Shown in pieces: positions 14,042 to 23,529 of a DNA stretch of 29,617 bases (within the stretch, counting starts at the first letter, position 1; each line of letters starts with the position of its first letter). The notes beneath the pieces were generated by a model. It saw only the letters and a list, made by a program, of their open reading frames with translations, ran no database searches and was not told where the DNA came from. The DNA is from a virus, in UHGV virus genome UHGV-0179686; one strand, 5' to 3'. Position numbers and translations under genes: made by a program.

Positions 14042-16807
14042 ATGTCTGGTGAGATTGCTTCCGCATATGTGTCGTTGTATACGAAGATGCCTGGCCTTAA
14101 AAGTGATGTTGGTAAACAGTTGTCGGGTGTGATGCCTGCTGAGGGTCAGCGTTCGGGTGGTCTGTTTGCTAAGGGCATGAAGTTGGCGCTTGGTGGTGCG
14201 GCGATGATGGGTGCCATCAATGTTGCTAAGAAGGGCCTCAAGTCTATCTATGATGTGACTATTGGTGGCGGTATAGCTAGGGCGATGGCTATTGATGAGG
14301 CTCAGGCTAAACTGACTGGTTTGGGTCATACGTCTTCTGACACGTCTTCGATTATGAATTCGGCTATTGAGGCTGTGACTGGTACGTCGTATGCGTTGGG
14401 TGATGCGGCTTCTACTGCGGCGGCGTTGTCTGCTTCGGGTGTGAAGTCTGGCGGGCAGATGACGGATGTGTTGAAGACTGTCGCCGATGTGTCTTATATT
14501 TCGGGTAAGTCGTTTCAGGATACGGGCGCTATTTTCACGTCTGTGATGGCCCGCGGTAAGTTGCAGGGCGATGACATGTTGCAGCTTACGATGGCGGGTG
14601 TTCCTGTCCTGTCTTTGCTTGCCAGGCAGACTGGTAAAACCTCGGCTGAGGTGTCGCAGATGGTGTCGAAGGGGCAGATTGATTTTGCCACGTTTGCGGC
14701 TGCGATGAAGCTTGGCATGGGTGGTGCTGCACAGGCGTCTGGTAAGACGTTTGAGGGCGCTATGAAGAATGTTAAGGGCGCCCTGGGTTATCTTGGTGCT
14801 ACGGCTATGGCGCCGTTTCTTAACGGGTTGCGGCAGATTTTTGTTGCGTTGAATCCGGTTATCAAGTCGGTGACGGATTCTGTGAAGCCGATGTTTGCTG
14901 CCGTAGATGCTGGTATTCAGCGTATGATGCCGTCTATTTTGGCGTGGATTAATCGTATGCCGGCTATGATCACTCGAATGAATGCACAGATGCGCGCCAA
15001 GGTGGAGCAGCTGAAGGGCATTTTTGCGAGAATGCATTTGCCTGTCCCTAAAGTGAATTTGGGTGCCATGTTTGCTGGCGGCACCGCAGTGTTCGGTATT
15101 GTTGCTGCGGGTGTTGGGAAGCTTGTTGCGGGGTTTGCCCCGTTGGCTGTGTCGTTGAAGAATCTGTTGCCGTCGTTTGGTGCTTTGAGGGGTGCCGCTG
15201 GCGGGCTTGGCGGCGTGTTTCGCGCCCTGGGGGGCCCTGTCGGTATTGTGATCGGCTTGTTTGCGGCAATGTTTGCTACGAACGCCCAGTTCCGTGCCGC
15301 TGTTATGCAGCTTGTTGGTGTGGTTGGTCAAGCCCTGGGGCAGATTATGGTCGCCTTGCAGCCACTGTTCGGTATTGTTGCTGGCGTGGTTGCCAGGTTG
15401 GCGCCAGTGTTCGGCCAGATTATCGGTATGGTTGCTGGTTTGGCTGCCCGGCTGGTGCCTGTTATTGGTATGCTTATTGCCCGGCTGGTTCCTGTTATCA
15501 CCCAGATTATTGGTATGGTAACCCAGGTTGCTGCCATGTTGTTGCCTATGCTGATGCCGGTTATTCAGGCTGTTGTTGCTGTGATACGGCAGGTTATTGG
15601 TGTGGTCATGCAGTTGATACCTGTTTTGATGCCGGTTGTGCAGCAGATTTTGGGTGCTGTCATGTCTGTTTTGCCGCCGATTGTTGGTTTGATACGGTCG
15701 CTGATACCGGTGATCATGTCGATTATGCGTGTGGTGGTGCAGGTTGTTGGCGCCGTGCTACAGGTGGTGGCCCGTATTATTCCGGTTATTATGCCGATTT
15801 ATGTTTCGGTGATTGGATTCATTGCCAAGATTTATGCTGCGGTTATCGTTTTTGAGGCTAAGGTTATTGGCGCTATTCTTCGTACTATTACGTGGATTGT
15901 GAATCATTCAGTGTCTGGCGTGAGGTCTATGGGTACGGCCATCCAGAATGGCTGGAATCATATCAAATCGTTTACGTCTGCGTTTATGAACGGTTTTAAG
16001 TCGATCATTTCTGGCGGTGTTGCCGCGGTTGTGGGGTTTTTTACGCGGCTTGGTTTGTCGGTTGCCTCCCATGTGAGGTCTGGTTTTAACGCGGCTCGTG
16101 GCGCTGTTTCGGCTGCGATGAACGGGATTCGGAGTGTTGTGTCTTCGGTGGCGTCTGCTGTTGGCGGGTTTTTCGGTTCGATGGCGTCTCGGGTTCGTAG
16201 TGGTGCTGTGCGCGGGTTTAATGGTGCCCGGAGTGCGGCATCTTCCGCTATGCATGCTATGGGGTCCGCTGTGTCTAGTGGTGTGCATGGTGTGCTGGGT
16301 TTTTTCCGGAATTTGCCTGGCAATATTAGGGGCGCCTTGGGTAGTATGGGCTCCCTGTTGGTGTCTGCTGGCCGTGATGTGGTGGCCGGTTTGGGTAACG
16401 GTATTAAGAATGCTTTGAGTGGCCTGCTGGATACGGTGCGTAATATGGGTTCTCAGGTTGCTAACGCTGCGAAGTCGGTGTTGGGTATTCATTCCCCGTC
16501 GAGGGTGTTTCGTGACGAGGTTGGCCGTCAGGTTGTTGCCGGTTTGGCTGAGGGTATTACTGGTAATGCGGGTTTGGCGTTGGATGCGATGTCTGGTGTG
16601 GCTGGTCGGCTGCCTGATGTGGTGGATGCCCGGTTTGGTGTGCGATCGTCTGTGGGCTCGTTTACCCCGTATGACCGGTATCGGCGTGCGAGTGAGAAGA
16701 GTGTTGTGGTGAATGTTAACGGGCCCACGTATGGTGATCCGAACGAGTTTGCGAAGCGGATTGAGCGTCAGCAGCGTGACGCGTTGAACGCTTTGGCTTA
16801 CGTGTGA
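14042..16807 (+). CDS. tape measure protein (921 aa)
   Basis: Size; periodic hydrophobic repeats (VIGMLIARLVPVITQIIGMV...); position after chaperones. Confidence 0.9.
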   Translation: MSGEIASAYVSLYTKMPGLKSDVGKQLSGVMPAEGQRSGGLFAKGMKLALGGAAMMGAINVAKKGLKSIYDVTIGGGIARAMAIDEAQAKLTGLGHTSSDTSSIMNSAIEAVTGTSYALGDAASTAAALSASGVKSGGQMTDVLKTVADVSYISGKSFQDTGAIFTSVMARGKLQGDDMLQLTMAGVPVLSLLARQTGKTSAEVSQMVSKGQIDFATFAAAMKLGMGGAAQASGKTFEGAMKNVKGALGYLGATAMAPFLNGLRQIFVALNPVIKSVTDSVKPMFAAVDAGIQRMMPSILAWINRMPAMITRMNAQMRAKVEQLKGIFARMHLPVPKVNLGAMFAGGTAVFGIVAAGVGKLVAGFAPLAVSLKNLLPSFGALRGAAGGLGGVFRALGGPVGIVIGLFAAMFATNAQFRAAVMQLVGVVGQALGQIMVALQPLFGIVAGVVARLAPVFGQIIGMVAGLAARLVPVIGMLIARLVPVITQIIGMVTQVAAMLLPMLMPVIQAVVAVIRQVIGVVMQLIPVLMPVVQQILGAVMSVLPPIVGLIRSLIPVIMSIMRVVVQVVGAVLQVVARIIPVIMPIYVSVIGFIAKIYAAVIVFEAKVIGAILRTITWIVNHSVSGVRSMGTAIQNGWNHIKSFTSAFMNGFKSIISGGVAAVVGFFTRLGLSVASHVRSGFNAARGAVSAAMNGIRSVVSSVASAVGGFFGSMASRVRSGAVRGFNGARSAASSAMHAMGSAVSSGVHGVLGFFRNLPGNIRGALGSMGSLLVSAGRDVVAGLGNGIKNALSGLLDTVRNMGSQVANAAKSVLGIHSPSRVFRDEVGRQVVAGLAEGITGNAGLALDAMSGVAGRLPDVVDARFGVRSSVGSFTPYDRYRRASEKSVVVNVNGPTYGDPNEFAKRIERQQRDALNALAYV
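15300..15560 (+). repeat. imperfect tandem nucleotide repeats inside tape measure gene
   Basis: Recurring units such as gcccggctggtgcctgttattggtatg / gcccggctggttcctgttatcacccagattattggtatgg. Confidence 0.4.
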
Positions 16808-16822
16808 TTGGGGGTGTGGTTC

Positions 16823-17764
16823 ATGTTTCTTCCTGACCCGTCTGATCGTTCTGGTTTGACTGTTACCTGGTCTATGGATCCGCTGTTTGGCGATGAGCGT
16901 GTGCTTCATTTGACGGATTATACGGGGTCGTCTCCGGTGATGTTGTTGAATGATTCGTTGCGCGGTTTGGGTGTTCCTGAGGTGGAGCATTTTTCTCAAA
17001 CTCATGTTGGGGTGCATGGCTCGGAGTGGCGCGGGTTTAATGTGAAGCCTCGCGAGGTGACGCTACCTGTCCTGGTGTCGGGTGTTGGTGTGGATCCTGT
17101 GGGCGGGTTTCGTGACGGTTTCATGAAAGCCTATGACGAGTTGTGGTCTGCTTTTCCCCGGGGCGAGGAGGGTGAACTGTCGGTGAAGACTCCTGCCGGC
17201 AAAGAGCGTGTGCTAAAATGCCGGTTTGATTCGGCTGATGACACGTTTACGGTGGATCCGGTGAACAGGGGTTATGCGCGTTATCTGTTGCATTTGACGG
17301 CTTATGACCCGTTTTGGTATGGGGATGAGCAGAAGTTTCGTTTCAGTAACGCGAAGTTGCAGGATTGGTTGGGTGGCGGCCCTGTCGGCAAGAAGGGTAC
17401 AGCGTTTCCTGTGGTGTTGACGCCTGGTGTTGGTTCGGGTTGGGATAACTTGTCTAATAGGGGTGATGTGTCGGCGTGGCCTGTGATTCGTGTGGAGGGC
17501 CCCCTGGAGTCGTGGTCTGTGCAGATTGATGGTTTGCGTGTGTCTTCGGATTGGCCTGTCGAGGAGTATGATTGGATCACTATTGATACGGATCCTCGTA
17601 AGCAGTCTGCGTTGTTGGACGGGTTTGAGGATGTGATGGATCGTTTGACGGAGTGGGAGTTTGCGCCTATTCCTCCGGGTGGTTCGAAGAGTGTGAATAT
17701 TGAGATGGTTGGTTTGGGTGCCATTGTTGTGTCGGTGCAGTACAGGTTTTTGAGGGCTTGGTGA
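16823..17764 (+). CDS. minor tail protein (distal tail protein-like; start at ATG 16823, ORF-track TTG 16808 alternative)
   Basis: Immediately follows tape measure; GGGGGTGTGG upstream of the ATG. Confidence 0.6.
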   Translation: MFLPDPSDRSGLTVTWSMDPLFGDERVLHLTDYTGSSPVMLLNDSLRGLGVPEVEHFSQTHVGVHGSEWRGFNVKPREVTLPVLVSGVGVDPVGGFRDGFMKAYDELWSAFPRGEEGELSVKTPAGKERVLKCRFDSADDTFTVDPVNRGYARYLLHLTAYDPFWYGDEQKFRFSNAKLQDWLGGGPVGKKGTAFPVVLTPGVGSGWDNLSNRGDVSAWPVIRVEGPLESWSVQIDGLRVSSDWPVEEYDWITIDTDPRKQSALLDGFEDVMDRLTEWEFAPIPPGGSKSVNIEMVGLGAIVVSVQYRFLRAW

Positions 17765-17771
17765 ATGGTTG

Positions 17772-18929
17772 ATGGCTGGTCTTGTTCCGCATGTAACATT
17801 GTTTACGCCGGATTATCGCCGTGTGGCGCCTATCAATTTTTTTGAGTCGTTGAAATTGTCGTTGAAGTGGAATGGTTTGTCCACTTTGGAGTTGGTGGTG
17901 TCTGGTGATCATTCCAGGCTTGACGGGTTGACTAAGCCGGGTGCACGGCTGGTTGTTGATTATGGTGGTGGCCAGATTTTTTCTGGGCCTGTGCGTAAGG
18001 TTCATGGTGTGGGTCCGTGGCGTTCTTCGCGGGTGACTATCACGTGTGAGGATGATATTCGTCTGTTGTGGCGTATGTTGATGTGGCCTGTGAATTATCG
18101 TCCTGGTTTGGTTGGTATGGAGTGGCGTGCCGACAGGGATTATGCCCACTATTCGGGTGCGGCTGAGTCGGTGGCTAAGCAGGTGTTGGGGGATAATGCT
18201 TGGCGTTTTCCGCCTGGTTTGTTTATGAACGATGATGAGAGTCGTGGCCGTTTTATTAAGGATTTTCAGGCCCGGTTTCACTTGTTTGCGGATAAGTTGT
18301 TGCCGGTGTTGTCGTGGGCTCGGATGACTGTCACGGTGAACCAGTTTGAGAATGCGAAGTTTGATCAGCGGGGTTTGCTGTTTGATTGTGTACCTGCCGT
18401 GACGCGTAGTCACGTGTTGACTGCCGAGTCTGGGTCGATTGTGTCGTGGGAGTATGTGCGTGACGCCCCGAAGGCTACGTCTGTGGTGGTTGGTGGCCGT
18501 GGCGAGGGCAAGGATCGGCTGTTTTGCGAGGATGTTGATTCGATGGCCGAGGATGACTGGTTTGATCGTGTCGAGGTGTTTAAGGATGCCCGTAACACGG
18601 ATTCTGAACATGTGCATCTCATCGATGAGGCTGAGCAGGTGCTGTCCGAGTTAGGGGCCACGTCGGGGTTTAAGATCGAGTTGGCTGAGTCGGATGTGTT
18701 GCGGTTTGGGCCAGGCAATCTGATGCCGGGTGATCTTATCTATGTGGATGTGGGTTCTGGCCCGATTGCGGAGATTGTTCGGCAGATTGATGTGGAGTGT
18801 GTATCGCCTGGGGATGGGTGGACGAAGGTGACACCTATTGCGGGGGATTATGAGGATAATCCGTCGGCCTTGTTGGCTCGCCGTGTGGCTGGTTTGGCGG
18901 CTGGTGTGCGGGATTTGCAAAAGTTTTAA
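17772..18929 (+). CDS. minor tail protein (about 385 aa)
   Basis: Position and size; ATG at 17772 (ORF-track TTG 17769). Confidence 0.6.
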   Translation: MAGLVPHVTLFTPDYRRVAPINFFESLKLSLKWNGLSTLELVVSGDHSRLDGLTKPGARLVVDYGGGQIFSGPVRKVHGVGPWRSSRVTITCEDDIRLLWRMLMWPVNYRPGLVGMEWRADRDYAHYSGAAESVAKQVLGDNAWRFPPGLFMNDDESRGRFIKDFQARFHLFADKLLPVLSWARMTVTVNQFENAKFDQRGLLFDCVPAVTRSHVLTAESGSIVSWEYVRDAPKATSVVVGGRGEGKDRLFCEDVDSMAEDDWFDRVEVFKDARNTDSEHVHLIDEAEQVLSELGATSGFKIELAESDVLRFGPGNLMPGDLIYVDVGSGPIAEIVRQIDVECVSPGDGWTKVTPIAGDYEDNPSALLARRVAGLAAGVRDLQKF

Positions 18930-18948
18930 TAAGTGATTGGGGTTTGTT

Positions 18949-19767
18949 GTGGGTATTGTGTGTAAAGGGTTTGATGGTGTGTTGACCGAGTATGATTGGG
19001 CTCAAATGTCTGGTCTGATGGGTAATATGCCGTCCGTGAAAGGGCCGGATGATTTTCGTGTCGGCACTACGATTCAGGGTTCCACGGTGTTGTGTGAGGT
19101 CCTGCCGGGGCAGGCTTGGGCTCACGGGGTGATGTGCACGTCGAATGCTGTTGAGACTGTGACAGGTCAGCTTCCGGGCCCGGGTGAGACCCGCTACGAC
19201 TATGTTGTCCTGTCTCGGGATTGGGAGGCGAATACGGCCAAGTTGGAGATTGTTCCTGGGGGGCGTGCGGAGCGTGCCCGTGACGTGTTGCGTGCGGAGC
19301 CTGGCGTGTTCCATCAGCAACTGTTGGCGACTTTGGTGTTGTCGTCTAACGGGTTGCAGCAGCAGTTGGATAGGCGTGCTGTGGCGGCTCGTGTGGCGTT
19401 TGGGGAGTCTGCTGCGTGTGATCCTACCCCTGTGGAGGGTGACCGTGTGATGGTGCCTTCGGGGGCTGTGTGGGCTAACCATGCTAACGAGTGGATGTTG
19501 TTGTCTCCGAGGATTGAGACGGGTTCTAAGCAGATCCAGTTTGGCGGGTCTGCTGTGTATGCTTACACGATTCCGTTTGATCGCCAGTTTAGTAGTCCGC
19601 CTGTTGTGGTGGCGTCTATGGCTACGGCGGCTGGGGGCACGGCACAGATTGATGTGAAAGCCTACAATATTACTGCCAAGGATTTTAGTTTAGCGTTTAT
19701 TACGAATGATGGTTCTAAGCCGAATGGTGTGCCTGCGGTGGCTAACTGGATAGCTGTGGGCGTGTGA
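18949..19767 (+). CDS. minor tail protein / putative receptor-binding component (GTG start chosen by analogy to holin start context; ORF-track TTG 18937 alternative)
   Basis: Shares a 25-nt start context (GTGATTGGGGTTTGTTGTGGGTA) with the holin gene; position in tail tip block. Confidence 0.5.
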   Translation: MGIVCKGFDGVLTEYDWAQMSGLMGNMPSVKGPDDFRVGTTIQGSTVLCEVLPGQAWAHGVMCTSNAVETVTGQLPGPGETRYDYVVLSRDWEANTAKLEIVPGGRAERARDVLRAEPGVFHQQLLATLVLSSNGLQQQLDRRAVAARVAFGESAACDPTPVEGDRVMVPSGAVWANHANEWMLLSPRIETGSKQIQFGGSAVYAYTIPFDRQFSSPPVVVASMATAAGGTAQIDVKAYNITAKDFSLAFITNDGSKPNGVPAVANWIAVGV

Positions 19768-19809
19768 CCGGGCTGTTGTTGTGGCGGATGGTGTGATGTT
19801 GGGGGGGCT

Positions 19810-20076
19810 GTGGTGTCGTGGTTTACTCCTGCACTGGTGGCCTCTATCTGTACCGCGTTGGCCACGGTTTTGGGTTCTGTTCAGGCGGTCACGTCTAAAT
19901 CTCGGAGGCGTTTGCGGCGGCTGTCGGCGCAGGTGGATGCGATGGAAGAGTATGTGTGGGGTGTGCGCCGTGAGGTTCGCCGGTTTAACTCCGAGCTTCC
20001 TGATGATGTGGAGCCTATGCATCTCCCTGATGTGCCCGAGTTTTTGAAAGATACTGTTGATGGTGGAGGTGAGTAG
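19810..20076 (+). CDS. small membrane-anchored protein (88 aa)
   Basis: N-terminal hydrophobic helix WFTPALVASICTALATVLGSV; GGGGGGG RBS before GTG start. Confidence 0.45.
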   Translation: MVSWFTPALVASICTALATVLGSVQAVTSKSRRRLRRLSAQVDAMEEYVWGVRREVRRFNSELPDDVEPMHLPDVPEFLKDTVDGGGE

Positions 20077-20078
20077 GG

Positions 20079-20894
20079 TTGAGGGAGTTGGAGGAGGAGA
20101 AGCGGCAGCGCCGCAATTTTGAGAAGGCTTCACTGGTGTTGTTGTTTTTGTCGCTTGTGTTGTTGGTGGCGATGGCTGGGGGTGCTTTGCGTTTCGGGGC
20201 TGTATCCTCTGAGCGGGATTCGGAGCAGGCGAGGGCCCAGTCGAATGGTACAGCGGCTCGGGGTTTAGCTGCCCGTGTGAAGCAGGTGTGTACCCAGGGT
20301 GGCGTGGAGTCTGCGCGGCTTCATAGGTCTGGTTTGTGTGTGGATGCTGTGCGTGTTGAGCGGAGTGTGCAGGGTGTGCCGGGTCCTGCCGGTGTACGCG
20401 GCCCGCAAGGCCCTGCAGGTGCTGATGGCCGGGATGGTGTTAATGGTTCGGCTGGGCTGGTTGGCCCTGTTGGTCCGCAGGGTTCCCCGGGTTTGAATGG
20501 TGTGAAAGGTCCTGACGGGTTGCCTGGCGCTAACGGTTCGGATGGCCGTGATGGTGTTTCGGGCCGTGCAGGCGTGGACGGTGTGAACGGCGCTGATGGT
20601 AAAGATGGTCGTGATGGTTCGGCTGGTGAGCGCGGCGATGTGGGGCCTTCGGGTCCTGCCGGCCCGCAAGGCGCACAGGGGGAGCGTGGTGAGCGTGGCC
20701 CCGCAGGTGTGAACGGATCCGACGGTAAAGATGGTAAGGATGGCGCTGATGGGCGCTCTGTGGTGTCTGTGTACTGTTCCGGGGGCCGCCTGGTTGTGAA
20801 ATATAGTGACGGTGTGGCTTCTACAATATCGGGCTCGGTGGCCTGCCAGGGTGTGAAACCATCACCTGTGGTTACCGTATCATCCCATAGGTGA
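20079..20894 (+). CDS. collagen-like protein with N-terminal transmembrane helix and about 45 Gly-X-Y triplets (271 aa)
   Basis: GVPGPAGVRGPQGPAGADGRDGVNGSAGLVGPVGPQGSPG... repeats read directly; TTG start with GGTGGAGGTGAG upstream. Confidence 0.8.
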   Translation: MRELEEEKRQRRNFEKASLVLLFLSLVLLVAMAGGALRFGAVSSERDSEQARAQSNGTAARGLAARVKQVCTQGGVESARLHRSGLCVDAVRVERSVQGVPGPAGVRGPQGPAGADGRDGVNGSAGLVGPVGPQGSPGLNGVKGPDGLPGANGSDGRDGVSGRAGVDGVNGADGKDGRDGSAGERGDVGPSGPAGPQGAQGERGERGPAGVNGSDGKDGKDGADGRSVVSVYCSGGRLVVKYSDGVASTISGSVACQGVKPSPVVTVSSHR

Positions 20895-20948
20895 ACAAGA
20901 AGAGGGAAGGGTGTTACTAGTGTTGGTCGTGTTTGGTGGTGGTGTGTG

Positions 20949-21812
20949 GTGAGATACATTCCAGCGGCGCATCACTCTGCCGGTTCGAATAGTCCGGTGA
21001 ATAGGGTTGTGATTCATGCAACATGCCCGGATGTTGGGTTTCCGTCCGCTTCGCGTAAGGGTCGGGCGGTGTCTACGGCGAACTATTTTGCTTCCCCATC
21101 GTCGGGTGGTTCGGCGCATTATGTGTGTGATATTGGGGAGACGGTGCAGTGTCTGTCGGAGTCTACGATTGGTTGGCATGCCCCGCCGAATCCGCATAGT
21201 TTGGGTATAGAGATTTGCGCGGATGGGGGTTCGTACGCCTCGTTCCGTGTACCGGGGCATGCTTACACTCGTGAGCAGTGGCTGGATCCGCAGGTGTGGC
21301 CCGCGGTGGAGAGGGCCGCCATCCTGTGTCGGCAGTTGTGTGACAAGCATGGTGTTCCGAAAAGAAAACTGTCTGTGGCCGATTTGAAGGCCGGCAGGCG
21401 GGGTGTTTGCGGGCATGCCGATGTGACGGATGCGTGGCATCAATCGGATCATGACGATCCGGGGCCGTGGTTTCCGTGGGACAAATTTATGGCTGTGGTG
21501 AATGGCCACGGCGGCGGTTCAAGTAGTGAGGAGTTGAGTATGGCTGATGTACAAGCGTTACATAATCAGATTAAACAGTTGTCGGCACAGGTGGCCCAGT
21601 CGGTGAATAAGCTGCATCACGATGTTGGTGTGGTTCAGGTTCAGAATGGTGATTTGGGTAAGCGTGTCGAGGCTTTGTCGTGGGTGAAGAATCCTGTGAC
21701 GGGGAAGCTGTGGCGCAGCAAGGATGCCCTGTGGAGTGTCTGGTATTACGTTTTGGAGTGTCGTAGCCGTATTGACAGGCTCGAGTCTGCTGTCAACGAT
21801 TTGAAAAAGTGA
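20949..21812 (+). CDS. endolysin, N-acetylmuramoyl-L-alanine amidase (about 287 aa)
   Basis: Sequence begins (V)RYIPAAHHSAGSNSPVNRVVIHATCP... which I recall as the C. acnes phage amidase N-terminus; lies just before the holin. Confidence 0.8.
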   Translation: MRYIPAAHHSAGSNSPVNRVVIHATCPDVGFPSASRKGRAVSTANYFASPSSGGSAHYVCDIGETVQCLSESTIGWHAPPNPHSLGIEICADGGSYASFRVPGHAYTREQWLDPQVWPAVERAAILCRQLCDKHGVPKRKLSVADLKAGRRGVCGHADVTDAWHQSDHDDPGPWFPWDKFMAVVNGHGGGSSSEELSMADVQALHNQIKQLSAQVAQSVNKLHHDVGVVQVQNGDLGKRVEALSWVKNPVTGKLWRSKDALWSVWYYVLECRSRIDRLESAVNDLKK

Positions 21813-21824
21813 TGGTGGTTTGTT

Positions 21825-22226
21825 GTGGGTAAACAGTTTTGGTTAGGCCTGCTGGAGCGGGCGTTAAAGACTTTTGTTCAAACGTTTGTGGCTGTGTTGG
21901 GGGTGACGGCGGGTGTCACGTATACTGCGGAGTCGTTTCGCGGTTTGCCGTGGGAGTCGGCGTTGATTACGGCTACGGTTGCTGCGGTTTTGTCGGTGGC
22001 TACTTCGTTTGGTAGCCCGTCGTTTGTGGCCGGCAAACCTAAAACCACGCCTGTGGATGCGGGTTTGGTTCCACCGGATGACAGGGGCTTGGTTGAGCCG
22101 CATTCGGTGGATGTGTCGGATCCTGGCATGATTGAGCCTGTAGATGATGCGGATCTTGGTGTGGGCTATGTGCCGAGACATGCTGCCGAGTCGGAGGTTG
22201 GCACGGTAGAGTCTACTGTTGCATAA
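21825..22226 (+). CDS. holin (133 aa, two hydrophobic helices)
   Basis: FVQTFVAVLGVTAGVTY and ALITATVAAVLSVATSF helices; last gene of late operon; GTG start after GGTGGTTTGTT. Confidence 0.7.
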   Translation: MGKQFWLGLLERALKTFVQTFVAVLGVTAGVTYTAESFRGLPWESALITATVAAVLSVATSFGSPSFVAGKPKTTPVDAGLVPPDDRGLVEPHSVDVSDPGMIEPVDDADLGVGYVPRHAAESEVGTVESTVA

Positions 22227-22240
22227 GTGAATATAGATGT

Positions 22241-22305
22241 GTGCCCCAGCGGTGCTGCCACGGTTGTGTGGTGGTTGCCGCTGGGGCACTATTTCTGTTT
22301 TATGC
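22241..22305 (+). terminator. intrinsic terminator-like stem-loop at convergence of late and leftward operons
   Basis: 12-bp stem GTGCCCCAGCGG (22241-22252) / CCGCTGGGGCAC (22278-22289), about 25-nt loop, then ACTATTTCTGTTTTATG T-rich run. Confidence 0.5.
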
Positions 22306-22312
22306 GGTGTGG

Positions 22313-22834
22313 CTATGATTCGTTGCTGTCGATGGTGTCTTCGAGCATCTGGTACAGGTGGAGGCAGGTAGAGATCGTTTCGCTGGCCTGGTCTAGAACG
22401 TTCCGGCCGATAACGTTTTTGTGGTTGTCGCGGTGGCGGATGATAGCCCACATGATCTCGTCGGCTGCCGCCTGTAATAGTTTGGCCTGGTATGCGATTC
22501 CGGCGAGCCAGTCTAGTGCTTCCTGGCTTGCATAGGGGCTCTGGTCCTCGTTGCTGTCACGGGTGTTGCTGTTGTTTGTGGGGTGTTCTGCACTGTCGCA
22601 TAGCCACAGGATTTCGCTGCACTCGTCTAGCGTGTCTTGGTCGATAGCGAGATCGTCGAGGCTGACTTCGTTGACGGTAAGGTTCACGTTGTCGAGGGAG
22701 ATGGGTACACCGTACTGGTTTTCGACACTGTCAACAATGTTTTGTAGTTGTTGCATGTTGGTGGGCTGTTGTTGGACGATACGGTGTATCGCTGTGTTGA
22801 GGGTGGTGTAGGTGATGTTGTGTGTGTTGTTCAT
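22313..22834 (-). CDS. hypothetical protein (173 aa, acidic)
   Basis: ORF-track frame; last gene of leftward arm. Confidence 0.5.
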   Translation of the reverse strand: MNNTHNITYTTLNTAIHRIVQQQPTNMQQLQNIVDSVENQYGVPISLDNVNLTVNEVSLDDLAIDQDTLDECSEILWLCDSAEHPTNNSNTRDSNEDQSPYASQEALDWLAGIAYQAKLLQAAADEIMWAIIRHRDNHKNVIGRNVLDQASETISTCLHLYQMLEDTIDSNES

Positions 22835-22838
22835 GGTT

Positions 22839-23240
22839 TTATCCCATCCCTGTGCTGTCGTCGTTTTCGTCTGGCATGTAGTATGTGCTGTTTGCGTACT
22901 CGGTTAACGTCATCAGTGTTTGGTCTGCCCACTGTTTCACGGTTTGCCGGGTGACACCCAATCGTTGGGCGGCTGTGGCGTAGGTTTGGTCGTATCCGTA
23001 GACTTCCCGGAATGCTGCCAACCTAGCTAAATGTTTTCGCTGTTTGGAGGGTTCACAGGTGAGGGTGTAGTCGTCGATGGCTAGCTGTAGATCGATCATG
23101 GTGGCAATGTTGTTGCCGTGATGCTGGGGGGCGGTTGGTGGGGGTGGCATTCCTGGCTCCACGGAGGGTTTCCATGGGCCGCCGTTCCAGATCCATTGGG
23201 CGGCTTGGATGATGTCGGCGGTGGTGTAGGTTCGGTTCAC
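22839..23240 (-). CDS. sigma-70 region-4-like HTH DNA-binding protein (133 aa)
   Basis: YATAAQRLGVTRQTVKQWADQ resembles the sigma region 4.2 helix-turn-helix. Confidence 0.5.
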   Translation of the reverse strand: MNRTYTTADIIQAAQWIWNGGPWKPSVEPGMPPPPTAPQHHGNNIATMIDLQLAIDDYTLTCEPSKQRKHLARLAAFREVYGYDQTYATAAQRLGVTRQTVKQWADQTLMTLTEYANSTYYMPDENDDSTGMG

Positions 23241-23243
23241 TGG

Positions 23244-23510
23244 TCATCCCCTGAACAGGTCGTTGGTGTTGGTGGTGTCGAATCGTCCGACGCAGTGGCA
23301 GTAGTCGTACATGAGTTTGATAATGTGTTGGTGGTCTCCCAAATAGGTGTTTCCGCTGATGCTGTAGGTGGCTGTGCCGTCTTTACTAATGGTGTATTTG
23401 GCGGTGATGGTTTCGGGTGTTTCGGTGTCGGTGATGATTGCTGTGGTGGTGGCGCCTACTGTTTGTAGAACGGTGGTTTGAGTTCCGTCGTCGATGGTGG
23501 TTTTAACCAT
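23244..23510 (-). CDS. hypothetical protein (88 aa, Thr-rich)
   Basis: ORF-track frame; compact spacing with neighbours. Confidence 0.45.
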   Translation of the reverse strand: MVKTTIDDGTQTTVLQTVGATTTAIITDTETPETITAKYTISKDGTATYSISGNTYLGDHQHIIKLMYDYCHCVGRFDTTNTNDLFRG

Positions 23511-23529
23511 GGTGTGTTCTCCCTTTTTG

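Noticed and set aside
10258-18617. Other long antisense ORFs (10258..11526, 14024..15331, 15908..17017, 17667..18617) across capsid/tape measure/tail genes
   Set aside because: Same compositional artefact; no RBS or start context; sense-strand genes have clear functional signatures.
20079-20894. Collagen-like gene as a eukaryotic contaminant
   Set aside because: Embedded in-frame in the phage late operon with phage-type start context and flanked by tail and lysis genes.
22227-22312. Small ORF between holin and the first leftward gene
   Set aside because: Region is better explained by the long stem-loop terminator; no credible start or RBS.
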